Assembly (NCBI GenBank): GCA_963770345.1
Contig: CAVYPH010000013.1
Span: 140,280 to 204,279 of the forward strand
Origin: Bryobacteraceae bacterium
GTDB taxonomy: Bacteria; Acidobacteriota; Terriglobia; Bryobacterales; Bryobacteraceae
Direction of reading: 5' to 3'
DNA length: 64,000 bases
Positions within the stretch are counted from its first letter, which is position 1. Each line of letters starts with the position of its first letter. Positions 18,341 through 29,832 of the stretch are shown here, piece after piece. A program made the translations under genes and the position numbers. The notes under the pieces are model-generated. The model saw only the letters and a list, made by a program, of their open reading frames with translations, was not told the DNA's origin and made no database searches.

Positions 18341-19771
18341 TTAAAGAATGTTGGCTTGGCTTAGGGCTTTTTGGCGGATTTCCATGCAGCCTCTTCCTGT
18401 GGGGAGTACTTTTCCGGGGTTTAGGCGGCAGTCGGGATCGAAGAGGGATTTGAAGCGCTTGATCATGTCCAGAGTGTCGCTTGAGAAGAGGTGTCCCATC
18501 AGCTCCATTTTTTCCATTCCTACTCCGTGCTCTCCGGTGATGGAACCTCCTACGGAGATGCAGTAGTCCAGGATGTCGTTTCCGGCGTTTTGGGCTTTCT
18601 CTAAGTCTCCTGGCTTTCTGGCGTCGAAGAGGATGATGGGGTGCATGTTGCCGTCGCCGGCGTGGAAGATGTTGCTGATGGTCAGGCCGTATTTTTTTGA
18701 GACTTGGCCTATGTGGCGGAGGGTGGGCGCGATTTGTGTTCTTGGCACTACTCCGTCTTGCACGTAGTAGAACGGGCTGACCCGGCCTACTGCTCCAAAG
18801 GCGTTTTTGCGGCCCTTCCATAGCAGGTCGCGCTCTTCGGCGGTGCGGGCTACGCGGAATTCGCGAGCCCGGCAGGCCATGCAGACGGCGCGGATTTGTT
18901 CCACCTGCTCTTCTACGGATTCGGTCAGGCCTTCCAGTTCGATTAGCAATACCGCGGCGGCGTCCATTGGGTATCCGGCGTGCGTTGCTTCTTCTACCAT
19001 TCGGAGCATGACTCCGTCCAGCATTTCTACGGCTACCGGCGTGATCGCTCGGCTGGTGATTTCGGCTACGGTCTGGCCGCAGTCGTCGGCGGTGTCGTAG
19101 ACGGCTAGCAGCGTCTTCACCAGTTCGGGTTGGCGCATCAAGCGGATCGTTATTTTGGTGACCAGCGCCATGGTTCCTTCCGAGCCGGTCAGGAGGCCGG
19201 TGAGATCGTAGCCTGGGAGGTCCTGCTCTTTGCCTCCGGTTTGAAATATGGTTCCGTCGGGCATGACGGCTTCGACGCCCAGAACGTGGTTGGTGGTGAC
19301 TCCGTAGGCGAGGGTGTGCGGGCCGCCGGCGTTTTCCGCTACGTTGCCTCCTATGGTGCAGGCTCGTTGGCTGGAGGGATCGGGGGCGTAGAAGTATTTG
19401 TTGGCTTGGACGGCCAGGGTGATGTCTAGATTCACTACTCCGGGCTCTACGACGGCTCTTTCGTTGTCGAGATCGAGCTCGACGATTCGCTTCATTCGCG
19501 CGAAGGAGATGATGATGCCTCCGGCTCTCGGGATGGCTCCGCCGCTGAGTCCGGTGCCGGCTCCCCGGCCGACGATGGGGATGCCGTTTTCGACAGCGAT
19601 TTTGAGAATGGCGGCGACTTCGGCGGTCGTGCGGGGGAAGCAGACCATTTCGGGACGGTGTTTGTCGACGCTGCCGTCATATTCGTAGAGCTTGAGGTCT
19701 TCCGGGGTGTGGAGGACGGATTTGTCTCCGAGGAGTTTCTGGAGAGCCTGTTTGGCGGGGGCTAGGACCAT
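18341..19771 (-). CDS. glcD: FAD-linked oxidase, glycolate oxidase subunit GlcD-like
   Basis: PEMVCFPRTTAEVAAILKIAVENGIPIVGRGAGTGLSGGAIP is the FAD_binding_4 signature. The C-terminus carries a FAD-oxidase C domain (GSITGEHGVGMEK). Confidence 0.8.
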   Translation of the reverse strand: MVLAPAKQALQKLLGDKSVLHTPEDLKLYEYDGSVDKHRPEMVCFPRTTAEVAAILKIAVENGIPIVGRGAGTGLSGGAIPRAGGIIISFARMKRIVELDLDNERAVVEPGVVNLDITLAVQANKYFYAPDPSSQRACTIGGNVAENAGGPHTLAYGVTTNHVLGVEAVMPDGTIFQTGGKEQDLPGYDLTGLLTGSEGTMALVTKITIRLMRQPELVKTLLAVYDTADDCGQTVAEITSRAITPVAVEMLDGVMLRMVEEATHAGYPMDAAAVLLIELEGLTESVEEQVEQIRAVCMACRAREFRVARTAEERDLLWKGRKNAFGAVGRVSPFYYVQDGVVPRTQIAPTLRHIGQVSKKYGLTISNIFHAGDGNMHPIILFDARKPGDLEKAQNAGNDILDYCISVGGSITGEHGVGMEKMELMGHLFSSDTLDMIKRFKSLFDPDCRLNPGKVLPTGRGCMEIRQKALSQANIL

Positions 19772-19827
19772 TAAATTTCGCTTCCTGACGGTGGCGGGGT
19801 TGTCGTACCCAACGTATCACGCCGGTC

Positions 19828-20756
19828 CTATGGGCCGTTTATTTGCAGAACCAGCTGCTTGTCCACCTTACAACTCTGAATTCCCATGGATAGCAAGATA
19901 TTCGGCCTGTCGGGATGGTTGATGTCCAGGTCCCGCTCTCGGAGCAAGAAATGCGCCACCTCGTGCGCCAGGTTGACGAGAAAGGGATCGGAGTCCGGGT
20001 CACGGGAAGACTTTTGGGATTGCCCTCTACGACGGCAACTTGCTTATCGGAGAAATATGTACCTCCAGCCTCGCCTCCTTTCCATCTGCCCACGAAAAAG
20101 ATGTTCAAGTCCGCACTATCGTTCTTCTCCTGGACGACATAGTTCAGGAAGGCCTTATCGTTGAGGGGTTCACCCAAAACCTGATTCACTTTGACCCAGT
20201 CGGCGCCGGTCATTTCGAAAGTGATATTGGCCTGGGGACCGTAAATCCAATTCAGTTTGTTGATCAGCCACCGCGCGTCTGACGGTTCCCATTGCGTGAC
20301 GCTTTTCATGGTGTTGGATTCATCCAGGTGTTGGAGGAACTTGAAGGCGACGGTGAAACTTGTTTGCGGTACTACCGCGACCTCCATCCGGAGGATGGTA
20401 CGGCCGTGAACTCCTTTAATTTCGGTCGACCCGCGCGCTTTTCCAGTTACGGCGAGCAGGCGCGAGTTCAAGGTGCCAAGTGCGGTATGCATCACACCCC
20501 AATAAGATTTGGCGGACTCCTCATCCTGCAGATTCCAGCTAATGAACTGTTCAGACAAAGCGCTTGAAACACGATGCACCTGGTCGCGGGTCACCTCGCG
20601 AATTTCGAGGGTCTTGGTGTCGTAGCGCAGATCGCGTACATCAAAGCCTTTCGCGTCATGGAGGGCCACGAGATTTAAGCCGCGCAGGCCGACAACCATG
20701 AACTGATTCGCCGGGTCCACACCAGTTTCTTTGAAGATTGAAGCAAATCTAGCCAC
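19828..20756 (-). pseudogene. Hypothetical zincin-like protein; a frameshift at ~19995-20047 separates the body from its HExxH C-terminus
   Basis: The listed ORF 19839-20756 ends in implausible sequence (VTRTPIPFSSTWRTRWRISCS...). An alternative frame reads DPDSDPFLVNLAHEVAHFLLRERDLDINHPDRPNILLSMGIQSCKVDKQLVLQINGP with a stop at 19828-19830. Confidence 0.6.
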
Positions 20757-20784
20757 GTTTTTTCTCCCAGACTGCCGTGCCGAG

Positions 20785-21975
20785 TTAGCTCTTTAGCCAG
20801 CGATCGAACCAGGCGAAGGCTTCTTTTTGCATGTCGCGGTCGAATTTATGCGGACCGTCGTAGAAGCTGGTCTTGTAGTGGGTTGGGTCTCCGGCTTTTT
20901 TGTAGACTTCGGTTAGGATCCGGTCGGCTCGCTCCATTTCCGGCATGGTGAAGAGTTGGTCTTGCCGGTTGCTTAAGACGAGCACTGGATTGGGCGCGGC
21001 AAGCCCGAGGATTTCGGGGTAGTCGAGATCGCGAGGGAGTCCGGGGATGTAACACATCCAGGTGTGCGTGTAGGATTTGTTCAGCAGGTATTCGCGCCAG
21101 GTGGTCATCATTCCTACGCAGCAGGAACACCGAATCCGATCGTCGGCTCCGGTTAGCATTACGGTTCGCAGGCCTCCTCCGGATAGGCCGCCGCAGCCGA
21201 TTCTGGTGGCGTCTACGTCGGGGCGGGATGTGAGGTAGTCGACGGCTCTTTGATCGTCGAAGACGAAGACTCCGGGCCAGGTCATTCCGGCGCTGAAGAG
21301 GCTTTTGGCGACTATGTGTTCGTGGGCGGCGGCGAATTGGTTGTAGCGCTGGATTTCATCTTCGGCTTCGGGGTTGGCTTCGACCTGGTTGTTGCGAATG
21401 TTGGCCGGGAGATCGGCGAGGCGCATGCGACGGCTTCCGAATGTGAACGCGTCGTGGACGAGGACGACGTAACCTCGGCGCGCCAGGTCGTTCGCCCAGG
21501 CCGCGCCACCGTAGTAGTGATCCTGGTGGGCAATCATGAGCGGGTGAGGGTCCTTCGAGATTCGGGTGATTTTTCGCAGGCCGAAGTACTTGTTTCCTCC
21601 GTGGTCGTGGAGTCCTACTACGGCGGGCAATTTTCCGGTGGCTCCGGCGGGTTTCAGGACGAGCGCTTCGGTGGGCGGTCCGTAGGGGAGTTGCCACTGG
21701 AGGTGCTCGATGGACAGGCCGTCGAATTCGAAGTGGTGCTGCACCGCCGGGATCGGAGTTGCCGCACCTCCGGGGCCCAGGAGCAATTCTTTGTAGCGCG
21801 CTCGGGCGACGGCTCGCCATGCGTCTACGTTGGTGAAGATTGGTTGACGGAAGGAGAGGCGCGGCGGGTCCTGCATGGTCTGGGCCGCCCATTCGCCGTA
21901 CGCGCCGAGCATGTTCGGGGTCATTGGTCTAGAATACCTGGATGATGCGGCGCGTTGTTGTGGGTGGTTTGGCAC
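20785..21975 (-). CDS. Alpha/beta hydrolase (acetyl-xylan-esterase/dienelactone-hydrolase-like)
   Basis: PAVVGLHDHGG..., nucleophile elbow GCGGLSGGG and C-terminal YDGPHKF. Alternative start is MTPNMLG at 21924. Confidence 0.7.
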   Translation of the reverse strand: MPNHPQQRAASSRYSRPMTPNMLGAYGEWAAQTMQDPPRLSFRQPIFTNVDAWRAVARARYKELLLGPGGAATPIPAVQHHFEFDGLSIEHLQWQLPYGPPTEALVLKPAGATGKLPAVVGLHDHGGNKYFGLRKITRISKDPHPLMIAHQDHYYGGAAWANDLARRGYVVLVHDAFTFGSRRMRLADLPANIRNNQVEANPEAEDEIQRYNQFAAAHEHIVAKSLFSAGMTWPGVFVFDDQRAVDYLTSRPDVDATRIGCGGLSGGGLRTVMLTGADDRIRCSCCVGMMTTWREYLLNKSYTHTWMCYIPGLPRDLDYPEILGLAAPNPVLVLSNRQDQLFTMPEMERADRILTEVYKKAGDPTHYKTSFYDGPHKFDRDMQKEAFAWFDRWLKS

Positions 21976-22898
21976 TTTTGTTCGGGGCGGTCCGGGCGTT
22001 CGGTCAAGTGCTGGTGGCAGGATCGGGGTATTCGATTGCGACTTCGGGCATTGCCGCGGCTCCCGGCCAGATCATCACAGTGTCGCTCTACGGAATTGCT
22101 CCGCGGGCGCTCGACCCAGAGCAGATTTATGCCGCCGGGAGTGGGTTACTGACCTCGCTGGCGGGACAGAACAGCGGTATTTCCGCGCAGTTGAATCAGA
22201 CCGCCGAACCGAAGCAGGCGGCCGTGGCGGTTTATGCTGTACAGCAGCCGAAATGTTCGGACCCGTGCACTCCGGTGACTGCGGTGACGCTTCGGATTCC
22301 ATTTGAGCTGCAGGTTCCGGCGAGCGGGTTGAATATCGCCAGCATCAGAATTCTGGATCAGGGGAAGGCGATTGGGGACGTGGCGCTGTCACCTGTTTTG
22401 GACAATGTTCATTTCGGCAACTCCTGCGACCAGACGGCTGTATTCGTTCCTGCTTTGGGCGCGGCGGCGAATCCCGGATGCGTTGCGCTGATACAACACG
22501 CGAATGGACAGATTGTGACTGCCGCGAATCCGGCGCATTGGGGAGAGGTGATGCTGGGGTGGGCGTATGGGCTGGGAGCTTTGGTTTCGTTGGGCGCTCC
22601 AGGGCTGGATGGGACGCCGGTTGCGGCGACTTCGACATTACAGACGTTCGATCTGGGTTTTAACGTGCAGCCTAATGCGGCTCCGAGCCGTCCGTTCCAT
22701 GGCGAGGAAGTGGCGCATCCGGCGTTTACGGGTGTGCAGGGTTTCAGTGGTTTGTATCACGTCAACTTTGTGCTTCCGGCTGTGGCACCGGCGGGTTTGC
22801 TCCTGCCTTGCGATGGTGTTGCTGTTCGATCGAATTTGACGGTTACGGTTGCGGGCGCGAGGTCGATGGATGGGGCGGCGATTTGTGTTGCGCCTTGA
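21942..22898 (+). CDS. Secreted hypothetical protein with Solibacter-type C-terminal domain
   Basis: Signal peptide MMRRVVVGGLALLFGAVRAFGQ. The C-terminal FTGVQGFSGLYHVNFVLPAVAP...LTVTVAG resembles the uncharacterised C-terminal domain expanded in Solibacter usitatus. Confidence 0.55.
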   Translation: MMRRVVVGGLALLFGAVRAFGQVLVAGSGYSIATSGIAAAPGQIITVSLYGIAPRALDPEQIYAAGSGLLTSLAGQNSGISAQLNQTAEPKQAAVAVYAVQQPKCSDPCTPVTAVTLRIPFELQVPASGLNIASIRILDQGKAIGDVALSPVLDNVHFGNSCDQTAVFVPALGAAANPGCVALIQHANGQIVTAANPAHWGEVMLGWAYGLGALVSLGAPGLDGTPVAATSTLQTFDLGFNVQPNAAPSRPFHGEEVAHPAFTGVQGFSGLYHVNFVLPAVAPAGLLLPCDGVAVRSNLTVTVAGARSMDGAAICVAP

Positions 22899-22903
22899 GC
22901 TTT

Positions 22904-23482
22904 CTATTCCGCTGTTGGGGCGTGTTCCATTCGGGGGTCGGGGATTAGCCACATGATGGCCACCAAAATGTAAACTACGATCGCCGCCAACGGCCACACG
23001 AAGGACACAACAATTCCGGTGGTATAGAGGGCCAGCGAGGCCAATCCTTTGCGGTCTTTTCCTAAGGCGATTGCCAGGGCGGAGTCCTTACCGTGGTGCT
23101 TGGCTAGTGCGCGGGCGAGGATTGTGAATGCGAGGCCGCTCATCCACATGATTACGCCGTAGAGCGCCACGGGTAGTGGGGCCGTGTGATTTTCGCCCAT
23201 CCAGCCGGTGATGAACGGTACTAGCGAGAGCCAGAATAGCAGGTGCAAGTTGGCCCAGAGGATGCGGCCGCTGACTTTGCGGGCGATTTGCATCAGGTGG
23301 TGGTGGTTGTTCCAATAGATGCCCACGAAAACGAAACTTAATACGTAGCTGAGAAATACCGGGAGCACTGGGGCCAGGGTGGCCAGACTCGACCCGTGCG
23401 GAACTTTCAGCTCGAGCACCATGATGGTGATGATGATGGCGAAGACGCCATCGCTGAACGCTTCGAGACGTCCTTTGCTCAT
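22904..23482 (-). CDS. TMEM175 family potassium channel (DUF1211)
   Basis: MSKGRLEAFSDGVFAIIITIMVLEL carries the RxxxFSD signature. Six TM helices. Confidence 0.8.
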   Translation of the reverse strand: MSKGRLEAFSDGVFAIIITIMVLELKVPHGSSLATLAPVLPVFLSYVLSFVFVGIYWNNHHHLMQIARKVSGRILWANLHLLFWLSLVPFITGWMGENHTAPLPVALYGVIMWMSGLAFTILARALAKHHGKDSALAIALGKDRKGLASLALYTTGIVVSFVWPLAAIVVYILVAIMWLIPDPRMEHAPTAE

Positions 23483-23652
23483 TCGCTGGGCCGTACCGGA
23501 GTCATCACGGGAGTTCCTTCATCTTAGACCAGCCGCCGCTTTCACCCCACGCGGGTTCTAGTACTGGCCAAGTGTCACGGCGACCTTGGTTGGTACTGCT
23601 ATTTCCTATTGTTTCCCTCGCGCGGGGTCGATACATAATTGAGACCCTCTAA

Positions 23653-24267
23653 ATGTCTTTGCTCGCCGGATTGAAGAAATACGCGGTGGTTGCGGCCTTT
23701 GTCGCAGTCTGGCTTCCTGCAATGGCCTTCGGATTTAGGGTTTTGTGGAAATACTCTACCACTCCAGGCCACGCCGGGACACCTCCGATGGATTGGCCGG
23801 CAACCGCGCCGGTGGAACGGGGAAAGAGACGGGCAACCCTGGTGATGTTCGCCCACCCGCAGTGCGATTGCTCCAGGGCCACTATTGGGGAACTGGCAAT
23901 CATTATGGCTCACGCGGGCGGACAGCTTGACGCCGATGTGTTTTTTTACTTGCCGGCCCGTGAGGCGGGCTCGTGGACAAAAACCGATCTTTGGCGGAGT
24001 GCGAGCGCGATCCCGGGAGTCCGGGTGTTCGAAGACCGCGATGCGGCCGTGGCGCAGACTTTCGGTGCGTTCACTTCAGGCCAGACACTTCTTTACAACT
24101 CTAGCGGACGGCTTCTGTTTAAAGGGGGTATCACGGCTTTCCGTGGTCATTCAGGGGACAACGCCGGCCGCACGGCGATCATCGCGTTACTCCGGGATGA
24201 GGTTCCGCAAAACAATACTTTGCCGATTGTGACGCCGGTGTTTGGCTGTAGCCTGAGAGGAGAATGA
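23653..24267 (+). CDS. Membrane-anchored thioredoxin-fold-like protein with CxC motif
   Basis: N-terminal TM helix YAVVAAFVAVWLPAMAFGF, then ATLVMFAHPQCDCSRATIGEL. The stop is 6 nt before the histidine kinase start. Confidence 0.5.
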   Translation: MSLLAGLKKYAVVAAFVAVWLPAMAFGFRVLWKYSTTPGHAGTPPMDWPATAPVERGKRRATLVMFAHPQCDCSRATIGELAIIMAHAGGQLDADVFFYLPAREAGSWTKTDLWRSASAIPGVRVFEDRDAAVAQTFGAFTSGQTLLYNSSGRLLFKGGITAFRGHSGDNAGRTAIIALLRDEVPQNNTLPIVTPVFGCSLRGE

Positions 24268-24273
24268 CGATCT

Positions 24274-26645
<2,372 letters not shown>

Positions 26646-26834
26646 TCATGGCTCGCGAGTGAAGCGTTGACCCAGGCATCGATGATGGCTTTTTGAGTGT
26701 TGCTGAAGTGAAAGAAAAGCCGAAAACGACCGAAAAACTGAGTTGCTCAACTTTTCGAATGCGTCACAGAACGCCGCGTGTGCCCACAAGCGCCGTCGAT
26801 TTCCCGCAGCTAAAGAACCGGACGGCATTACAAA

Positions 26835-27029
26835 TTAAAAAGTCACGTCTTCTGGGAATCTCTCGTTATCGTTGACCTTCACGGTGATCAACGCGTGGCC
26901 GGGCGAAATGACTTGGGCTCGCACTTTGGCTTTCTGCCGGAATTCGGGGTGCAACTGAAAAAAAGCCTTATCGAGGCGAATCGCCTCAGATTTGCCGGTG
27001 GTTGTGATAGAGCCTGTGAACGTGGGCAT
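26835..27029 (-). CDS. AbrB/MazE/SpoVT-fold antitoxin-like protein (no cognate toxin gene present)
   Basis: MPTFTGSITTTGKSEAIRLDKAFFQLHPEF..VISPGHALITV resembles VapB/MazE swapped-hairpin antitoxins (G.S.A.RLPK.F). Only about 190 nt of non-coding-looking DNA follow before the kinase pseudogene. Confidence 0.55.
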   Translation of the reverse strand: MPTFTGSITTTGKSEAIRLDKAFFQLHPEFRQKAKVRAQVISPGHALITVKVNDNERFPEDVTF

Positions 27030-27051
27030 CGGACGGTCTCTTGATACGTAT

Positions 27052-28773
27052 TCAGATAGAGGACAACGAGAGACGCTTCAGCGCCTCACCTGCGCAGTAC
27101 CGAACCAGGCCGCTGGAGTCGGATGTCAGGCGTTGGATTTTGGGCACCTCGCTTTCACTTCCGCGCAGCCCTAGTGCATAGACGGCATTTGCACGTACCT
27201 CTGGCTCCGGATCGTTGATCAGCACGGCAACGCGTTCCTTTGGAAACTCTCCTTCGTGACGGCAGAGCAGGCTGATTGCGCCAACCCGGCGCCTGGGATC
27301 GGAGTCTTCGAGCGCCGTGATCAAGGCCTTGATGGGATTGCCAATATCCATTGTCGAACTACGGCCTACGAACAGAATCGTTTCCGAGTGGAGCCGGTTG
27401 GAATGTGCCTCTTGATCGAGGCGCTCATATTGCTCCCGATACGACGGATTCACTCTGCACAGATGGCGAGCGGCTAGCCGGTGGGCGTGTGTATTAGCTC
27501 CGGATTGCACGAAATCCTCCAGTACCTTCCATGCGTCGGGGTGATCCAGAAACATGAGGGGTTTAACTGCGCGGTACGACTTTATATGGATCAACTTTGC
27601 TAGAAGAGGTACCGCGCGAATATACCCCAACTTCGCCAAGATAGTGAGCGCGACATCCTGGAGGTATTCGTTACTAACATCGTCCTTGAGCGTTTCGAGC
27701 CAGCTAAGAATTAGCGTACCCGCATCCTCACTCCGGGAGTCTCCGAGGGCTTCTAACACAGCAATCTGCATCTTGACCAGCTCTGATCTCAGCAGCGGCG
27801 CCAGCTTGGGCACCGCTGCTCTGCCGAACGCTCCGATTGCCAATCGCAGGTCCCGCCGGAACGGGTTGTCCCAGATTTTGTCATCCCAAGTTTCTGTTTC
27901 AAACACCTGAACCAAAGCTTCGAGTGCACGTGGGTCGTGGATTTGAGAAATCACCCGCAAGGCAAAGCGGCTGCGCCGCCTGAGAAACCATTCGAGGAGC
28001 GTCGCCGTTATGGAGGGATCGCCTATCCGGACGAGACTCGTGCCTGCTGCGTACTGGACCGCGGAATCGGCGTTATTCAATAGGTGTAGGAGATCGCTCG
28101 TTTTTCGTTGCCCGACGGATCGAAACTGGATTCGCCAACGGGTTTTTTCCTGTGGCTCCGTTCGACCGGTCTTCATCGGAATAAACACCTGCATCTCCGC
28201 GTGACGGCGGCCATTCCATTCGTCAACCCACAAATCGCGCGTTTCCTTATACTGGTCCGCGGATTTCTCTGGCGCGTTCCGATACTGCACGCGCACTCCC
28301 TTAGGAAAGGACTTCCAGTACGTTGCCTTCCATGGCCGGACGACCTTCCACATCTCCGATCCCGGCACAGCCGATCTCGTCCACGTGAGGTATGCTTCCA
28401 TCATTTCGCGGCTGGGACCCTCGAATCCGTCTTCGAACCAACCACCGAGATGGTAATTCCAATCGAAGCGCGCCATTTTCTCCCATCGCGCACCACCTTG
28501 GAGCGTCAGACCGAACGTGATGTCAAGGGCATCACAAAGTCCAGCGTCGATTTCTTCCGGTGTTGGTATGAAGGGCTTGCTGTTTTTGCGCCGCGCTGTC
28601 ACGTCCCCGCAGCAAAACATGTCTGACAGGGTCTCGATTAGTTCGTCGCGGGTGAAGTCGGGCGGATGCCTATTGACCGCCACACCGAGTTCTGGCGCTT
28701 CAAAGATCGAAAGGTGATGGTGGTGTTCGTAAACGATCGAAAGGATAAAGAATTCAAGCTCAGGATGTGCCAA
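27052..28773 (-). CDS. HEAT-repeat protein with unrecognised ~230-aa N-terminal domain
   Basis: The C-terminal two thirds show PBS-lyase/HEAT-like repeats: DSAVQYAAGTSLVRIGDP, DPRALEALVQV, MQIAVLEALGDS, DPRRRVGAISLL, EPEVRANAVYALGL, SGLVRYCAGEALKRL. I do not recognise the N-terminus (MAHPELEFFILSIVYEHHHHL...WNYHLGGWFEDGFEG...). The segment is lower in GC than its flanks. Confidence 0.6.
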   Translation of the reverse strand: MAHPELEFFILSIVYEHHHHLSIFEAPELGVAVNRHPPDFTRDELIETLSDMFCCGDVTARRKNSKPFIPTPEEIDAGLCDALDITFGLTLQGGARWEKMARFDWNYHLGGWFEDGFEGPSREMMEAYLTWTRSAVPGSEMWKVVRPWKATYWKSFPKGVRVQYRNAPEKSADQYKETRDLWVDEWNGRRHAEMQVFIPMKTGRTEPQEKTRWRIQFRSVGQRKTSDLLHLLNNADSAVQYAAGTSLVRIGDPSITATLLEWFLRRRSRFALRVISQIHDPRALEALVQVFETETWDDKIWDNPFRRDLRLAIGAFGRAAVPKLAPLLRSELVKMQIAVLEALGDSRSEDAGTLILSWLETLKDDVSNEYLQDVALTILAKLGYIRAVPLLAKLIHIKSYRAVKPLMFLDHPDAWKVLEDFVQSGANTHAHRLAARHLCRVNPSYREQYERLDQEAHSNRLHSETILFVGRSSTMDIGNPIKALITALEDSDPRRRVGAISLLCRHEGEFPKERVAVLINDPEPEVRANAVYALGLRGSESEVPKIQRLTSDSSGLVRYCAGEALKRLSLSSI

Positions 28774-28847
28774 ATCGAAGCGTCCACGATTGGATGGGGC
28801 GCGTGGACCGGCGCCCGCCGAACTATGCTCAGTGTCTCATAATTCCG

Positions 28848-29825
28848 TCACTGCAGAGGCGCGAACACTGTCACCGCCGCCAGTGCCACGAGCAGGCCCA
28901 CGAACTGTAGCAATCCTGTGTTGTCCGGCTCGGCTGCCGCGTCTTTTGTGAACATCCGGTATGCCCCTCCGAGAGCGATCAGAAAGAGCATTGCCTGATG
29001 CGTAATAAACCACAGAACCCCCGCGCAACCGATTACGACCATCCGATGAGGCCGCGTGAAGGAATGAAACCCGCGCGATCCGTCGAGCTGCCACACCGGG
29101 ATGAGATTGAACAGGTTGAGCACAGCTCCGAAGTGCGCGATCACTGCCCAGATCTTCGCGCCAGTTGCCGCATAAACTGCTAGAGAAAACATCGCTGCGC
29201 CGAGCCCATAAAACGGACCGGCCAGACCAACCCGCGAATCCTGGACTGGCGCAATGGAATGAGTTCGGAGGAAGATGAAAGCCCCAAGCCCGGGAATGAA
29301 CATCGGAGCGCTGGCCGGTACGCCGAAACCGCGCAACGCGATCACGTGCCCCATCTCGTGGATGTAAATGGACAATACAATCCCTAACGCGAGAGCCCAG
29401 CCGTATAGCGACCAATAGACTCCGAAGAACGCCACCATCGAAAGTAGCGTGCTTATTTTCGTCAAGCCTAAGAGCAGCGCCTTGAATTTCCAGGCGACCA
29501 CCGCGATGGGGGCGAGCGCCGAATTCAGCGTCCGCCACCGGCTGGGCGGCTTACTCTGGCCGGCCGCAATCGTGGCATCCAGCTCAGCGATGCGTGCGGC
29601 AACACTGCGGTGTTGAACGGTGTCTACCGGAAGCAGGAGGGCCGCCCGTCTCCACGCGTTTCGCGACGCAACCAGATCACCGGCCGCGGTGGCGTTCTGA
29701 GCTTCGGCGGAGAGAGCTTGCAGTTCCGCGGACCGCGTGAGCCGGCCGCACCCGGAGCAACTGAGCGATGCCGGGGCGAGTGTTGTGCCGCAACCGGGAC
29801 ACGGTGTAAGAAAGGCCGGCTCCAT
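28848..29825 (-). CDS. Site-2 protease family (M50) metalloprotease with N-terminal zinc ribbon
   Basis: CPGCGTTLAPASLSCSGCG zinc ribbon. HEMGH in a TM helix (IYIHEMGHVIALRGFG) and downstream NLFNLIPVWQLDG. Confidence 0.7.
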   Translation of the reverse strand: MEPAFLTPCPGCGTTLAPASLSCSGCGRLTRSAELQALSAEAQNATAAGDLVASRNAWRRAALLLPVDTVQHRSVAARIAELDATIAAGQSKPPSRWRTLNSALAPIAVVAWKFKALLLGLTKISTLLSMVAFFGVYWSLYGWALALGIVLSIYIHEMGHVIALRGFGVPASAPMFIPGLGAFIFLRTHSIAPVQDSRVGLAGPFYGLGAAMFSLAVYAATGAKIWAVIAHFGAVLNLFNLIPVWQLDGSRGFHSFTRPHRMVVIGCAGVLWFITHQAMLFLIALGGAYRMFTKDAAAEPDNTGLLQFVGLLVALAAVTVFAPLQ

Positions 29826-29832
29826 GATGCGA

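Noticed and set aside
26646-26828. 60-aa ORF downstream of the AbrB-like antitoxin gene as the missing toxin.
   Set aside because: Its translation (MPSGSLAAGNRRRLWAHAAF...) shows no PIN, MazF, RelE or other toxin features. It is too short, and the other two frames are closed by stops.
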